From positions 1 through 50,639 of the forward strand of contig JAYSYW010000168.1 of NCBI GenBank assembly GCA_043727255.1: a stretch of DNA of 50,639 nt, given 5' to 3'. The position numbers and the translations under genes were made by a program. Shown here one piece after another: positions 28,384 through 38,093 of this stretch (position 1 is its first letter; every line of letters starts with the position of its first letter). Origin of the DNA: Rhizobacter sp. (GTDB lineage: Bacteria; Pseudomonadota; Gammaproteobacteria; Burkholderiales; Burkholderiaceae_C). The notes under the pieces are model-generated. The model saw only the letters and a list, made by a program, of their open reading frames with translations, was not told the origin of the DNA and ran no database searches.

Positions 28384-29322
28384 ATGAAGCGCTTTCTTCT
28401 CAACCTGAGTGTGGCCATCCTGAGCCTGTCGGTGCTGGCCCCGCAGGTCGATGCCAAACGACTCGGTGGCGGCGGTACTTCAGGCATGCGCCGCGACATG
28501 CCGAGCAAGGCGCCCAATGCCCCCAACACCGCCCAGCAGACGCCTGCATCGCCCGGCGCTCAGCAGGCCGTACCCGGTGCAGCCGGCGCTGCAGCCGCTG
28601 CGCCCCGCCGTTCTTGGATGGGGCCGATCGCCGGTCTGGCCGCCGGCCTGGGCCTGGGCATGCTGATGAGCCACCTTGGCCTGGGCGCCGAGATGGGTAA
28701 CTTCTTGATGATGGCGTTGCTGGCCGTGGTCGCCTTCGTCGCCATCCGCTTCCTGATGAAGCGCTTTGGCCCGCAGCCGGCGCAACAACGCGGTCTGCAG
28801 TTCGCTGGCGCTGGCGCCCAACCGCATGCCGTGCCGCCCACATCGGCGCCGGGTTGGGGTTCTGGTTCCGCAAGCGCAGCCACAGGTGCAAATGCAATTG
28901 CACCAACAACGGCACCCGTCGCGCCCGCGCAGGTTTTTGCGCCACAACTGCCGGCCGGCTTTGATGCCCCGGCTTTTGAGCGCACCGCCAAGTTGATCTT
29001 CATCCGCATGCAAGCAGCCAACGATGCGGGCGACCTGAACGACCTGCGCGCGTTCACCACGCCCGAGATGTTTGCCGCCGCCCGGCTTGACCTGCAAGAG
29101 CGCAAGGGCGCGAGCCAGCAAACCGACGTGGTGCAGTTGGATGCCGAAGTGATCGACGTCAGCCAAGACGCCACGCAGCAGATCGTCAGCGTGCGCTTCC
29201 ATGGCTTGGTTCGCGAAGAGAAAGACACCGCCGCATCGGCGTTTGACGAGGTGTGGCACTTGGTCAAGCCGCTCGACGCCAGCCGCGAATGGGCAATCGC
29301 CGGCATCGCGCCGTACGCCTGA
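28384..29322 (+). CDS. Tim44 domain-containing protein
   Basis: Signal peptide, AKRLGGG, GLAAGLGL TM hairpin, FDAPAF...QAANDAGDL...FDEVWHL. Confidence 0.9.
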   Translation: MKRFLLNLSVAILSLSVLAPQVDAKRLGGGGTSGMRRDMPSKAPNAPNTAQQTPASPGAQQAVPGAAGAAAAAPRRSWMGPIAGLAAGLGLGMLMSHLGLGAEMGNFLMMALLAVVAFVAIRFLMKRFGPQPAQQRGLQFAGAGAQPHAVPPTSAPGWGSGSASAATGANAIAPTTAPVAPAQVFAPQLPAGFDAPAFERTAKLIFIRMQAANDAGDLNDLRAFTTPEMFAAARLDLQERKGASQQTDVVQLDAEVIDVSQDATQQIVSVRFHGLVREEKDTAASAFDEVWHLVKPLDASREWAIAGIAPYA

Positions 29323-29370
29323 GCGGTTTGCACCACGCGCGTTGTTGATGCACGTTGACGCGGGGGGGAG

Positions 29371-30129
29371 ATGAGCGAATCGCTGTTCATCCTCACTGGT
29401 GCCTCGCGCGGCATGGGGGCGGCCATGGCCACCCACCTGCTGCGGCCGGGGCACGTGGTGCTGTGTTTGTCGCGGGCCATGCGTGACGCGTTGGCCACGC
29501 GCGCTGCAAGCCTGGGCGTGCCCTGCGAGCAGTGGCTGGTGGACCTGGCCGACCCGCAACCCGTCGCCGAGCGGCTGCAAGCGTGGTTGGCGGCGCTCGA
29601 TGGCACGCGCTTCGGTCGCGCCAGCCTCATCAACAACGCGGGTGTCATTTCACGCCTTGGCCCGGTGGACGAAGCCGAGCCGCACGATTTGTCGAACGCC
29701 TTGCGGGTGGGCCTTGAGGCGCCGCTGCTCTTGAGCGCCGCTTTCCTGCGTGCCACGCGCGGATGGACGGCCGAACGCCGGGTGCTCAACATTTCATCGG
29801 GCCTGGGCCGCCGGGCTATGGCTGGCAGCGCGAGTTACTGCGCCGCCAAAGCCGGCATGGACCACCTCTCGCGCGCCATGGCGCTGGATGAAGCGGCTCG
29901 GCCGAACGGCGCGCGCATCGTGTCGCTGGCACCGGGTGTGGTCGACACCGACATGCAGACCCAGCTGCGCGCTGGCGACCCTGCGAGCTTCCCTGGCCGC
30001 GAGAACTTTGTTCGCCTGAAGGAAGCCGGCCAACTGACCTCGCCCGCCGACGCGGCGGCACAGGTGCTGGCTTTCCTGAACCGCGACGACTTCGGCCACA
30101 ACCCCGTGGCCGACGTGCGCGAAGCCTGA
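29371..30129 (+). CDS. SDR family oxidoreductase (benzil/sepiapterin reductase-like)
   Basis: TGASRGMG, NNAG, NISSG, YCAAK, PGVVDTDMQ. Confidence 0.92.
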   Translation: MSESLFILTGASRGMGAAMATHLLRPGHVVLCLSRAMRDALATRAASLGVPCEQWLVDLADPQPVAERLQAWLAALDGTRFGRASLINNAGVISRLGPVDEAEPHDLSNALRVGLEAPLLLSAAFLRATRGWTAERRVLNISSGLGRRAMAGSASYCAAKAGMDHLSRAMALDEAARPNGARIVSLAPGVVDTDMQTQLRAGDPASFPGRENFVRLKEAGQLTSPADAAAQVLAFLNRDDFGHNPVADVREA

Positions 30130-30422
30130 GCGTTTCAGCATCGGCCTGACGCCCATTGCGGCGTCTGTGGCGCGTCCACGGCCTGCCGATTGCGCGGCCC
30201 TGACGCTTGAGTTTGCTTGCGTTTACTTACCGCGCAGACCGATTACCCGCACGCGGCTACCCGCTCGCGCGGGCTCTGAAAGTCCCTCACCCGCCAACAA
30301 AATCACAGCGCTCTTCCGTGATGAGCGCCAGCTTGTGCCGCTGTCTTCGCAGGCAGCACGGCAAGCCAAGCGGTTCGGGCGAGAAGAGCTCAACCTTTCA
30401 ACAAATTCAGGGAGCAACGTTC

Positions 30423-31211
30423 ATGAAACGAATCATTTCAGGCATCTTCATCTTGGCCTCATTGACGGCGGGCAGCAGCGCGTTTGCGCAGAGCACCCAG
30501 ACCGTGTGCAGAAACCAGCCCAAGCCCTTCTCCGACGAATGGGTGCTGGAGCACACCTACACCGACTTCAACCAGTGCGGCGGCGGTTACCAGAACATGG
30601 CCGTGTATCGCCATGCCCCAGCCGAATTACGCCTCAACGTGTGCTCTGGCCAAGCACTGCCGCCCGGCTTTGGGGTGGAGAACGTCTACACCGACATGTC
30701 GAAGTGCCTGAACCAGAGCCAGCAGCCCCCGTCTCAGCTGTGGGGCAACGTGATGACCATCGCGAACCTGGCGGGCTTCCCGAATCTGAAGGTGTGCTCG
30801 TCCGGCACGCTGCCCAGCTGGTGGCGCATCACGGGCTATGAGTCGGGCAGCCGCTGCGCGCCGATGAACACACCGACCTCGCAGCCGCTGGCACCGAACA
30901 ACGTGGCCGTGGCCGAAAGCCTGGCTTCGTCGTGCCTGCTGACCGTCAGCGCGAACACCGTGCCCGCCGGAGGTACGTATTCCTTTACGTACTACGGCAA
31001 CCTGCCTGCGGGGCACACCGCGCACTGGTATGGCACCAAGAACGGCGTGCAAGACGCCAACCACGTTCCGTTCGGCTTCAGCTCGGCCACGGCGGCCTAT
31101 CAGTCGCAATCTAGCTGGGCCGGCACGTACACGCGCTACCTGCGCATCCGCAACAGCATCGGCATGGACATCTGCAACACGAACACCGTGACGGTGAATC
31201 TGCTGCCTTGA
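30423..31211 (+). CDS. Secreted hypothetical protein with three Cys-paired repeats and a C-terminal beta-rich domain
   Basis: Signal peptide MKRIISGIFILASLTAGSSAFA; GGGAG RBS; high GC3. Confidence 0.75.
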   Translation: MKRIISGIFILASLTAGSSAFAQSTQTVCRNQPKPFSDEWVLEHTYTDFNQCGGGYQNMAVYRHAPAELRLNVCSGQALPPGFGVENVYTDMSKCLNQSQQPPSQLWGNVMTIANLAGFPNLKVCSSGTLPSWWRITGYESGSRCAPMNTPTSQPLAPNNVAVAESLASSCLLTVSANTVPAGGTYSFTYYGNLPAGHTAHWYGTKNGVQDANHVPFGFSSATAAYQSQSSWAGTYTRYLRIRNSIGMDICNTNTVTVNLLP

Positions 31212-31253
31212 TTCAGTACGGGTCGTGACACGGGCGGACTGGGGCGCTGCGCC

Positions 31254-31550
31254 TCAGTCCCCCGGCAGGCGCTTGATGCGTTCTGCTTCGGGCACCACGC
31301 GGGCGTCGATGTCGATCACGTCGCCCGACGACCGCGCTGCAGGCCCGGCCGTCTGTGGCTTCATGCGGAAGCGGAAGCTGCCGATCGTCACCGGCCGCCC
31401 GCGCAGACGGCTCCACAGCACCAGGCCTGACGCAACCAGCACGCCCACGATCACCAGCAGAACGGCCAAGGCCGCACCCAGCAACACGACGGCCAGCCGC
31501 AGCAGCACGCGCAACAGTGTGCGCAGCAAGCGGGTCAGTGCGTCAAGCAC
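31254..31550 (-). CDS. Small membrane hypothetical protein
   Basis: Long hydrophobic helix and C-terminal GDVIDIDARVV motif; overlaps the stop of the upstream gene. Confidence 0.65.
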   Translation of the reverse strand: MLDALTRLLRTLLRVLLRLAVVLLGAALAVLLVIVGVLVASGLVLWSRLRGRPVTIGSFRFRMKPQTAGPAARSSGDVIDIDARVVPEAERIKRLPGD

Positions 31551-32292
31551 CGGCAGGCCCCTGGAACGACCCTGAGCGGAAGGTCAGCACCAGCGTGTCG
31601 CGGTGGCTGCAGGGGGCGCCAGGCAAGGGCTGGATCGGCGTGCTCTCGTGGATCACGCGGGCGTCGTCCAGCATCAGCAAGGTCCAGGGCTGGGTCATCG
31701 TGAAACGCAAGCCGCTGGGGCCGTCGGCCTCGAACACGCGTGACTCGCCGCCTTTCACGCCTTCGCGCGACACCAACAACACCGCCACGAAATCAACGCC
31801 GTCGCGGTGGGCGCCTTCAGGTGTGGGCCGGCCGATGCCATCGGTGGTGTCGATGCGGAACTGGTGTGCTTCCACGAACCAGGCTTGGTCGCCCTTCAAT
31901 GACGAGCAGGTGGCGCTCAGCATGCGCAGCAGGCTCGGCCACACCGGCTGGGACAGCACGCTGGTGTCCATCGGCTCGAACCAGCGTTCCAGGCCCCCGT
32001 GCAGGGCGTTGTATTCCAGCGGTTGCCAGTGGGCGCGATGAGGCGCCGGGTTCACTTCGTCGCCGTGGACGACGAAGCTCGCATGGCGTCGGCGCCGGTA
32101 GCGGCCGCCGTCGCGCAGGTAGGTGTCGGGCGGCAGGTCGTCCCAGCTGGGTTGCAGGGCTTGCAACTCGCTCAACGTCGCGGGCAACAAGCTGCAAAGC
32201 CCTTCGGGTTTCACAACGGCGTGGCCTTGCGCGCGCAGCGCGGCGGCCAGTTCGGATGGGTGCGCCCATGGGGGCGAAAAGCTGACGGTCAT
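31543..32292 (-). CDS. 2OG-Fe(II) dioxygenase family protein
   Basis: DGGRYRRRR, PTPEGAHRDG (HxD), HESTP, RDTLV. Confidence 0.88.
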   Translation of the reverse strand: MTVSFSPPWAHPSELAAALRAQGHAVVKPEGLCSLLPATLSELQALQPSWDDLPPDTYLRDGGRYRRRRHASFVVHGDEVNPAPHRAHWQPLEYNALHGGLERWFEPMDTSVLSQPVWPSLLRMLSATCSSLKGDQAWFVEAHQFRIDTTDGIGRPTPEGAHRDGVDFVAVLLVSREGVKGGESRVFEADGPSGLRFTMTQPWTLLMLDDARVIHESTPIQPLPGAPCSHRDTLVLTFRSGSFQGPAGA

Positions 32293-32442
32293 GGGGCCGA
32301 ATGATGCCAGCCCGGCAGGGCACCCCGGTGCACCGGCCCACCCGCCTGACCCTCGTCAAATGCAGGGCCAAAGTCTTTGTGATGACATTGCCCTCTGTTA
32401 GCTTCAGCGGCTGCTGACTTCTGGCGATGCGAGGGATTTGCG

Positions 32443-33057
32443 ATGTACCACGGCGAACGGTTCAACAGCTTCACCCACCTGGCCGGCCTGCTGCTGGCGG
32501 TGGCCGGCGCGGCGGTGCTCATCACGCATGCGGCGCTGGTGGGCGACGTGTGGCAGGTGGTGAGCTTCAGCGTCTTCGCGGCCACGATGGTGTTGCTGTA
32601 TGGGGCGTCCACCCTGTACCACAGCGTGCGGGGCGCGTCGAAGAAGCTGCTGGTGAAGCTCGACCACTGCGCCATTTACCTGCTGATCGCCGGCACCTAC
32701 ACGCCGTTCACGCTGGTCACCTTGCGCGGCCCCTGGGGTTGGTCGTTGTTCGGCACGGTGTGGGGGCTGGCGGTCATCGGCATCGTGAAAGAACTGTGGC
32801 TGGCCCGCGAGCGGGTGCCTTCGGTGCCGCTGTACGTGGCGATGGGCTGGCTGGCGCTGGTGGCGGCCGTGCCGTTGGTCGAGTCGCTCTCAACCGGGGG
32901 CTTGGCCTGGTTGGTGGGGGGCGGGTTGTTCTACACGGTGGGCATCTTGTTTTATGCCAACGACGAACGCTGGCGCCATGCCCACGGCGTGTGGCACCTG
33001 TTTGTGGTGGCCGGCACGGTGTGCCACTACATCACGGTGCTGTACTTCGTGGAGTGA
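32443..33057 (+). CDS. Hemolysin III (PAQR) family membrane protein
   Basis: ERFNSFTH, STLYH, DHCAIYLLIAGTYTPF, HGVWHLFV. Confidence 0.93.
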   Translation: MYHGERFNSFTHLAGLLLAVAGAAVLITHAALVGDVWQVVSFSVFAATMVLLYGASTLYHSVRGASKKLLVKLDHCAIYLLIAGTYTPFTLVTLRGPWGWSLFGTVWGLAVIGIVKELWLARERVPSVPLYVAMGWLALVAAVPLVESLSTGGLAWLVGGGLFYTVGILFYANDERWRHAHGVWHLFVVAGTVCHYITVLYFVE

Positions 33058-33058
33058 C

Positions 33059-33227
33059 CTAGGAGCCTGTCGGGCTGGGGGAGCGTCGGCTGCAATTGGG
33101 CCGCAGCGGTCCATTTTTCACCGGCTTCTTGTCCCATAGCTACGGCTATGGGCCTGCGAACCCGGCAAAAACTGTCCTCGCTGAGCCCAAATCTCGCTTC
33201 GACGCCCCAAGCCCGACAGGCTCCTAG
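33059..33227. mobile_element. MITE-like non-autonomous element, fully palindromic, CTAG at both ends
   Basis: 18-bp perfect terminal inverted repeat CTAGGAGCCTGTCGGGCT / AGCCCGACAGGCTCCTAG; central hairpin CCCATAGC-TACG-GCTATGGG at 33133-33152; no ORF of its own. Confidence 0.8.
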
Positions 33228-33258
33228 AATCCGACCCACCTTTTCAGCCCGCTTCCAA

Positions 33259-34452
33259 ATGAACGTCCTCCGCTTTGAAGACTTGGTGGCCCAAGGCCGC
33301 GCCACTGGCAAACGTGTGTTCATCCGCGCCGACCTGAACGTGCCGATGGATGACGCCGGCCGCATCACCGAAGACACGCGCATCCGCGCTTCCATCCCGT
33401 GCATCGAGCTGGCCCTGAAGGCGGGCGCCGCCGTGATGGTCACCTCGCACCTGGGCCGCCCCACCGAGGGTGAGTTCAAGCCCGAGGATTCGCTGGCACC
33501 TGTCGCCAAGCGCCTGTCTGAACTGATGGGCCGCGAGGTGCCGGTGGTCGCCAACTGGGTGGACGGCGTGAACGTCGAACCCGGCCAGCTGGTGTTGCTG
33601 GAAAACGTGCGAGTCAACAAGGGCGAGAAGAAGAACAACGAAGAGTTGAGCAAGAAGATGGCCGCACTGTGCGACGTCTTCGTGCACGACGCCTTCGGCA
33701 CCGCGCACCGCGCCGAAGCCTCCACCTACGGCATCGCGCAGTTCGCGCCCATCGCGTGCGCCGGCCCGTTGTTGGCCGCCGAGATCGACGCGATCAGCAA
33801 GGCGCTGGCCAACCCGAAGCGCCCGCTGGTCGCCATCGTGGCTGGCAGCAAGGTCAGCACCAAGCTGACGATCCTGAAGGCGCTGTCTGAGAAGGTGGAC
33901 GGCTTGATCGTCGGCGGCGGCATCGCCAACACCTTCTTGCTGGCGGCTGGGCTGCCCATCGGCAAGTCGCTGGCCGAGCCCGACCTGCTGGCCGAAGCCC
34001 GGGCCGTGATCGAAGCCATGAAAGCGCGTGGCGCCGCCGTGCCCATTCCGGTGGACGTGGTGACCGCCAAGTCCTTCTCAGCCGACGCACCGGCCACGGT
34101 GAAGGCGTCGGCCGACGTGCAAGCCGACGACCTGATCCTCGACATCGGCCCCCAGACCGCCGCCATGCTGGCCGAGCAGTTGAAGGCCGCCGGAACCATC
34201 GTCTGGAACGGCCCGGTGGGCGTGTTCGAGTTCGACGCCTTTGCCCATGGCACCGAAACGCTGGCCCGTGCCATCGCTGAATCGAGCGCCTTCAGCATTG
34301 CGGGCGGTGGCGACACGCTCGCAGCCATCGCCAAGTACGGCATTGAAAAAGACGTGGGCTACATCTCGACCGGTGGCGGCGCCTTCCTGGAAGTGTTGGA
34401 AGGCAAGACGCTGCCGGCGTTTGAAATTCTGCAAAAGCGCGCCCTGGGCTGA
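33259..34452 (+). CDS. pgk: Phosphoglycerate kinase
   Basis: [43 protein letters not shown]. Confidence 0.98.
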   Translation: MNVLRFEDLVAQGRATGKRVFIRADLNVPMDDAGRITEDTRIRASIPCIELALKAGAAVMVTSHLGRPTEGEFKPEDSLAPVAKRLSELMGREVPVVANWVDGVNVEPGQLVLLENVRVNKGEKKNNEELSKKMAALCDVFVHDAFGTAHRAEASTYGIAQFAPIACAGPLLAAEIDAISKALANPKRPLVAIVAGSKVSTKLTILKALSEKVDGLIVGGGIANTFLLAAGLPIGKSLAEPDLLAEARAVIEAMKARGAAVPIPVDVVTAKSFSADAPATVKASADVQADDLILDIGPQTAAMLAEQLKAAGTIVWNGPVGVFEFDAFAHGTETLARAIAESSAFSIAGGGDTLAAIAKYGIEKDVGYISTGGGAFLEVLEGKTLPAFEILQKRALG

Positions 34453-34501
34453 GTGCTCTCAGGCTCTGAACCGCCCAACCTCGAATCCGGAGACCCCCTC
34501 A

Positions 34502-35932
34502 ATGCCTCGTGCCACCAAGATCGTCGCCACCCTCGGCCCCGCGTCCAGCTCTCCCGAGGTGCTGCAACGCATGCTGTTGGCGGGGGTCGATGTCGTCCGC
34601 CTCAACTTCTCGCACGGCACCGCACAAGACCACATCGACCGTGCCCGGCTGGTGCGCGAGGTGGCGGCGGCGGTGGGCAAAGAGGTCGCCATCATGGCCG
34701 ACCTGCAGGGCCCGAAGATCCGCGTGGGCAAGTTCGAAGGCGGGAAGACGATCCTTGAACCCGGGCAAAAGTTCGTGCTCGACGCCAGCTACAAAGAGCT
34801 GGGCACCAACGATCTGGTGGGGCTTGACTACAAAGAGCTGCCGCGCGATGTGCGCCCCGGCGACACCCTGCTGTTGAACGACGGCCTGCTGCGCCTCACG
34901 GTCGATTCGGTCAAGGGCGACCAGGTCATCACCACCGTTGTGATCGGTGGCGAGCTGTCGAACAACAAGGGCATCAACAAGGCCGGTGGCGGCCTGACGG
35001 CGCCCGCGTTGACCGCGAAGGACATGGAAGACATCAAGACGGCGATGAGCTTCCAGTGCCAGTACCTGGCCGTCAGCTTCCCGAAGAGCGCGACCGACAT
35101 GGAGATGGCGCGCCAACTGGCCAACGTGGCCGGCGAGCCCTGGAAGCACAAGCCGGCGTTGATCGCCAAGATCGAGCGCAGCGAAGCCATACCGGCGCTG
35201 GAGAGCATCTTGCGCGCCAGCGACGGCATCATGGTCGCGCGTGGCGACCTGGCGGTTGAGGTGGGCAACGCCACCGTGCCGGCGCTGCAAAAACGCATGA
35301 TCAAGATGGCGCGCGAGATGGACCGCATCGTCATCACCGCCACGCAGATGATGGAGTCGATGATCGTCAACCCGGTGCCCACCCGCGCCGAGGTGAGCGA
35401 CGTGGCCAACGCCGTGCTCGACGGCACCGACGCCGTGATGCTGAGCGCCGAAACCGCCGCTGGCCGCTACCCGGTCGAGACGGTGGAAATGATGGCCGCC
35501 GTGTGCGTTGAGGCCGAGCGCGCGGAAGAGATCTCGCTCGACGCCAGCTTCACCAACAAGAAGTACGGCCGCATCGACCAGTCGATTGCGATGGGCGCGC
35601 TGTTCACCGCTTATCACCTGGGTTGCAAGGCGATCCTGGCGTTGACGGACTCGGGTTCGACCGCGCTCTTCATGAGCCGCCACAAGATTCACGTCCCCAT
35701 CTTCGGCCTGACTTCACAGGTGACCACCCAGCGCCGGATGATGCTGTACCGCAACGTGCGCCCCGTGCTGATGCCCAACTTCACCGACCGCGACGAAGCG
35801 CTGTCGCACGCCGAATCGTTGCTGGTGGCGCAAGGGGTGTTGAAGCCCGGCGACACCTACGCCATCACCTGCGGCGAACCCATGGGCTACCCGGGTGGCA
35901 CCAACATGCTGAAGGTCTGCCGCGTCAACTGA
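34502..35932 (+). CDS. pyk: Pyruvate kinase
   Basis: TKIVATLGP, RLNFSHG, DLQGPKIR, MVARGDL, PTRAEVSDVANA. Confidence 0.98.
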   Translation: MPRATKIVATLGPASSSPEVLQRMLLAGVDVVRLNFSHGTAQDHIDRARLVREVAAAVGKEVAIMADLQGPKIRVGKFEGGKTILEPGQKFVLDASYKELGTNDLVGLDYKELPRDVRPGDTLLLNDGLLRLTVDSVKGDQVITTVVIGGELSNNKGINKAGGGLTAPALTAKDMEDIKTAMSFQCQYLAVSFPKSATDMEMARQLANVAGEPWKHKPALIAKIERSEAIPALESILRASDGIMVARGDLAVEVGNATVPALQKRMIKMAREMDRIVITATQMMESMIVNPVPTRAEVSDVANAVLDGTDAVMLSAETAAGRYPVETVEMMAAVCVEAERAEEISLDASFTNKKYGRIDQSIAMGALFTAYHLGCKAILALTDSGSTALFMSRHKIHVPIFGLTSQVTTQRRMMLYRNVRPVLMPNFTDRDEALSHAESLLVAQGVLKPGDTYAITCGEPMGYPGGTNMLKVCRVN

Positions 35933-35949
35933 GAAGCCTCTGACCCCGG

Positions 35950-36708
35950 TCAGTTCAGCCTGACCATGATGCCGGTCAGCAGCATCGCGTCGCCGGTTTT
36001 CACGCCTGCGCCGGGGTTGCTGTTGTGGCGGTAGATCAACCCGGCGGTCAGGCTCATCCAGGTCGTCATCGACACCGACAGGCTGGAGTCGAGCACCCAG
36101 CGGTATTCGCCGTTGCGGCGCAGGTCGGGATAGAACTCGACCTTCTGCCGGAACGCGGTGTTGCCCGTCAGCTTGTGGTTCGAGTTTTGACTCAGCAGCA
36201 TCTCGGTGCGCCCATAGCGCTTGAGCAGTTCGCCTGACACGGCGGTCGGCTCCACATAGCGGTCGTCGGTGTAGCCGAAGCCGACGATGGCGTCCCAGGT
36301 GTGCTGGTTCGTGCGCAGCAGGTGGCGCCCCACGCCGCCGTAGGCCGACAGGCGCGACACCAGGTTGGCCGGTTTGTCGCGCAGGAAGTCGATCTTGGTG
36401 AAGCCGAACACGTCGCGTGTGACGTCTTGGTCGTACTGCGTGCCCAGCGCCAGGCTGGCGGCGCTCACGGTGTTTTGGCTCTCGGCGTAGAGCGAGCGGC
36501 CGAGCAGCGTCCACTTGCTGCGGTCGGTGAGCCGGATGGCTTCACCGTTCAGGCTGATGCTGGTGGACTTGGTGTTGCCGGTGATCACGCTGGTCGAAAC
36601 GCCGAAGATGGAACGCAGCACGCCGTCGGGCTGCACCATGATCTGGGCCTGCGCCAGCGGGGCGTGAATCAGCAGGCACCAGGTGGCCAGCGGCAGGGAA
36701 CGAGGCAT
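35950..36708 (-). CDS. DUF481 family outer-membrane beta-barrel protein
   Basis: Signal peptide, TGNT motif, alternating beta strands. Confidence 0.75.
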   Translation of the reverse strand: MPRSLPLATWCLLIHAPLAQAQIMVQPDGVLRSIFGVSTSVITGNTKSTSISLNGEAIRLTDRSKWTLLGRSLYAESQNTVSAASLALGTQYDQDVTRDVFGFTKIDFLRDKPANLVSRLSAYGGVGRHLLRTNQHTWDAIVGFGYTDDRYVEPTAVSGELLKRYGRTEMLLSQNSNHKLTGNTAFRQKVEFYPDLRRNGEYRWVLDSSLSVSMTTWMSLTAGLIYRHNSNPGAGVKTGDAMLLTGIMVRLN

Positions 36709-36846
36709 CGTCGGGGTCTCCAGTCGTGAGCCTGCGGCCACTATAGGGATGCGTCTCCGAGGCGCTGCCGCAAGCCCCGGTCAACCCCAGGGTTCGCCCG
36801 CTTATTCGGCCGCACGGGGTGGCGGCGCAGCGGGACAATCCGGCGC

Positions 36847-38055
36847 ATGAGCCCCATCGTGTTTGCCGACATCGAAGCCGCCGCCCAACGCCTGCGTGGC
36901 CAGATCATCGAAACCCCGTGCTGGCCTTCGCGCACGCTGGGTGAACTGGCCGGCTGCGAGGTGTTCCTCAAGTTCGAGAACCTGCAGTTCACCGCCTCGT
37001 TCAAGGAGCGCGGCGCGCTCAACAAGATCGCCCAGTTGACGGCCGACGAACGCGCGCGTGGCGTGTTGGCGGTGTCGGCCGGCAACCATGCGCAGGGCGT
37101 GGCGTACCACGCGCAGCGGCACGGCATTCCGGCCACCATCGTGATGCCGCGTTTCGCGTCACCCGTGAAGGTGGAACGCACCCGGGGCTTTGGCGCCGAG
37201 GTGCTGTTGCAGGGCGATACCTTCGACGACGCCCGCGCCCTGGGCGTGGAATTGGCGCAAGAGCGCGGGCTGGTGCTGATCCACCCTTACGACGATGCGG
37301 CGGTGATCGCGGGGCAGGGCACGGTCGGCCTGGAGATGCTGGCCCAGCAGCCCGAACTCGACACGCTGCTGGTGGCCATTGGCGGCGGCGGGTTGATCGG
37401 TGGCATCACCTTGGCGGCACGGGCGCTGAAGCCGGGCATCGAAGTCATCGGCGTGCAGACCGAGCGTTTCCCCGCCGCATGGAACGCCAAGCACGGCGGC
37501 ACGCGGGAGGTGGCGCAGGCCACCATCGCCGACGGCATCGGGGTCAAGTCGCCCGGCGCATTGACCCTGCCCATCATTCAGCGGCAGGTGGACGACGTGT
37601 TGCTGGTGGCCGAAGACGAGATCGAGCAAGCCATCGTGCTGCTGCTTGAAATTGAGAAGACGGTGGTCGAAGGCGCCGGCGCGGTCGGCCTGGCCGCGTT
37701 GCTGAAACACAAGGAACGCTTCGCCGGCCGCAAGGTCGGGCTGGTGCTGTGCGGCGGCAACATCGAGCCACTGGTGCTGGCCGAGATCATTCAGCGCGGC
37801 ATGGTCAAGTCGGGCCGGCTGGCGCGGTTGCGCTTCGACGTGCGCGACGTGCCCGGCGCGCTGGCCGACGTGGCCACGCTGTTGGGTGAGCTGGGCGCCA
37901 ACATCGAAGAGGTGCAGCACCAGCGGGCGTTCAACTCGCTGTCGGTCGAGCGGGTTCAGATCGACGTGGTGGTGCACACGCGGGGTGCCGAACATGTGGC
38001 CCAGATCCTGGCCACCATGCAAACGCGCGGCTACCGGGTCGAACGCGCAGGCTGA
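36847..38055 (+). CDS. ilvA: Threonine ammonia-lyase with C-terminal ACT domain
   Basis: KFENLQFTASFKERGA (PLP lysine), SAGNHAQG, GGGGLIGG, DVPGAL ACT start. Confidence 0.9.
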   Translation: MSPIVFADIEAAAQRLRGQIIETPCWPSRTLGELAGCEVFLKFENLQFTASFKERGALNKIAQLTADERARGVLAVSAGNHAQGVAYHAQRHGIPATIVMPRFASPVKVERTRGFGAEVLLQGDTFDDARALGVELAQERGLVLIHPYDDAAVIAGQGTVGLEMLAQQPELDTLLVAIGGGGLIGGITLAARALKPGIEVIGVQTERFPAAWNAKHGGTREVAQATIADGIGVKSPGALTLPIIQRQVDDVLLVAEDEIEQAIVLLLEIEKTVVEGAGAVGLAALLKHKERFAGRKVGLVLCGGNIEPLVLAEIIQRGMVKSGRLARLRFDVRDVPGALADVATLLGELGANIEEVQHQRAFNSLSVERVQIDVVVHTRGAEHVAQILATMQTRGYRVERAG

Positions 38056-38093
38056 CGCTCGTTCAGACGGAGTTCAAACGGGATGGGGCGTGA

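Noticed and set aside
33148-33258. Extended pgk N-terminus from ATG 33148
   Set aside because: That ATG lies within the MITE hairpin; Pgk homology begins at 33259.
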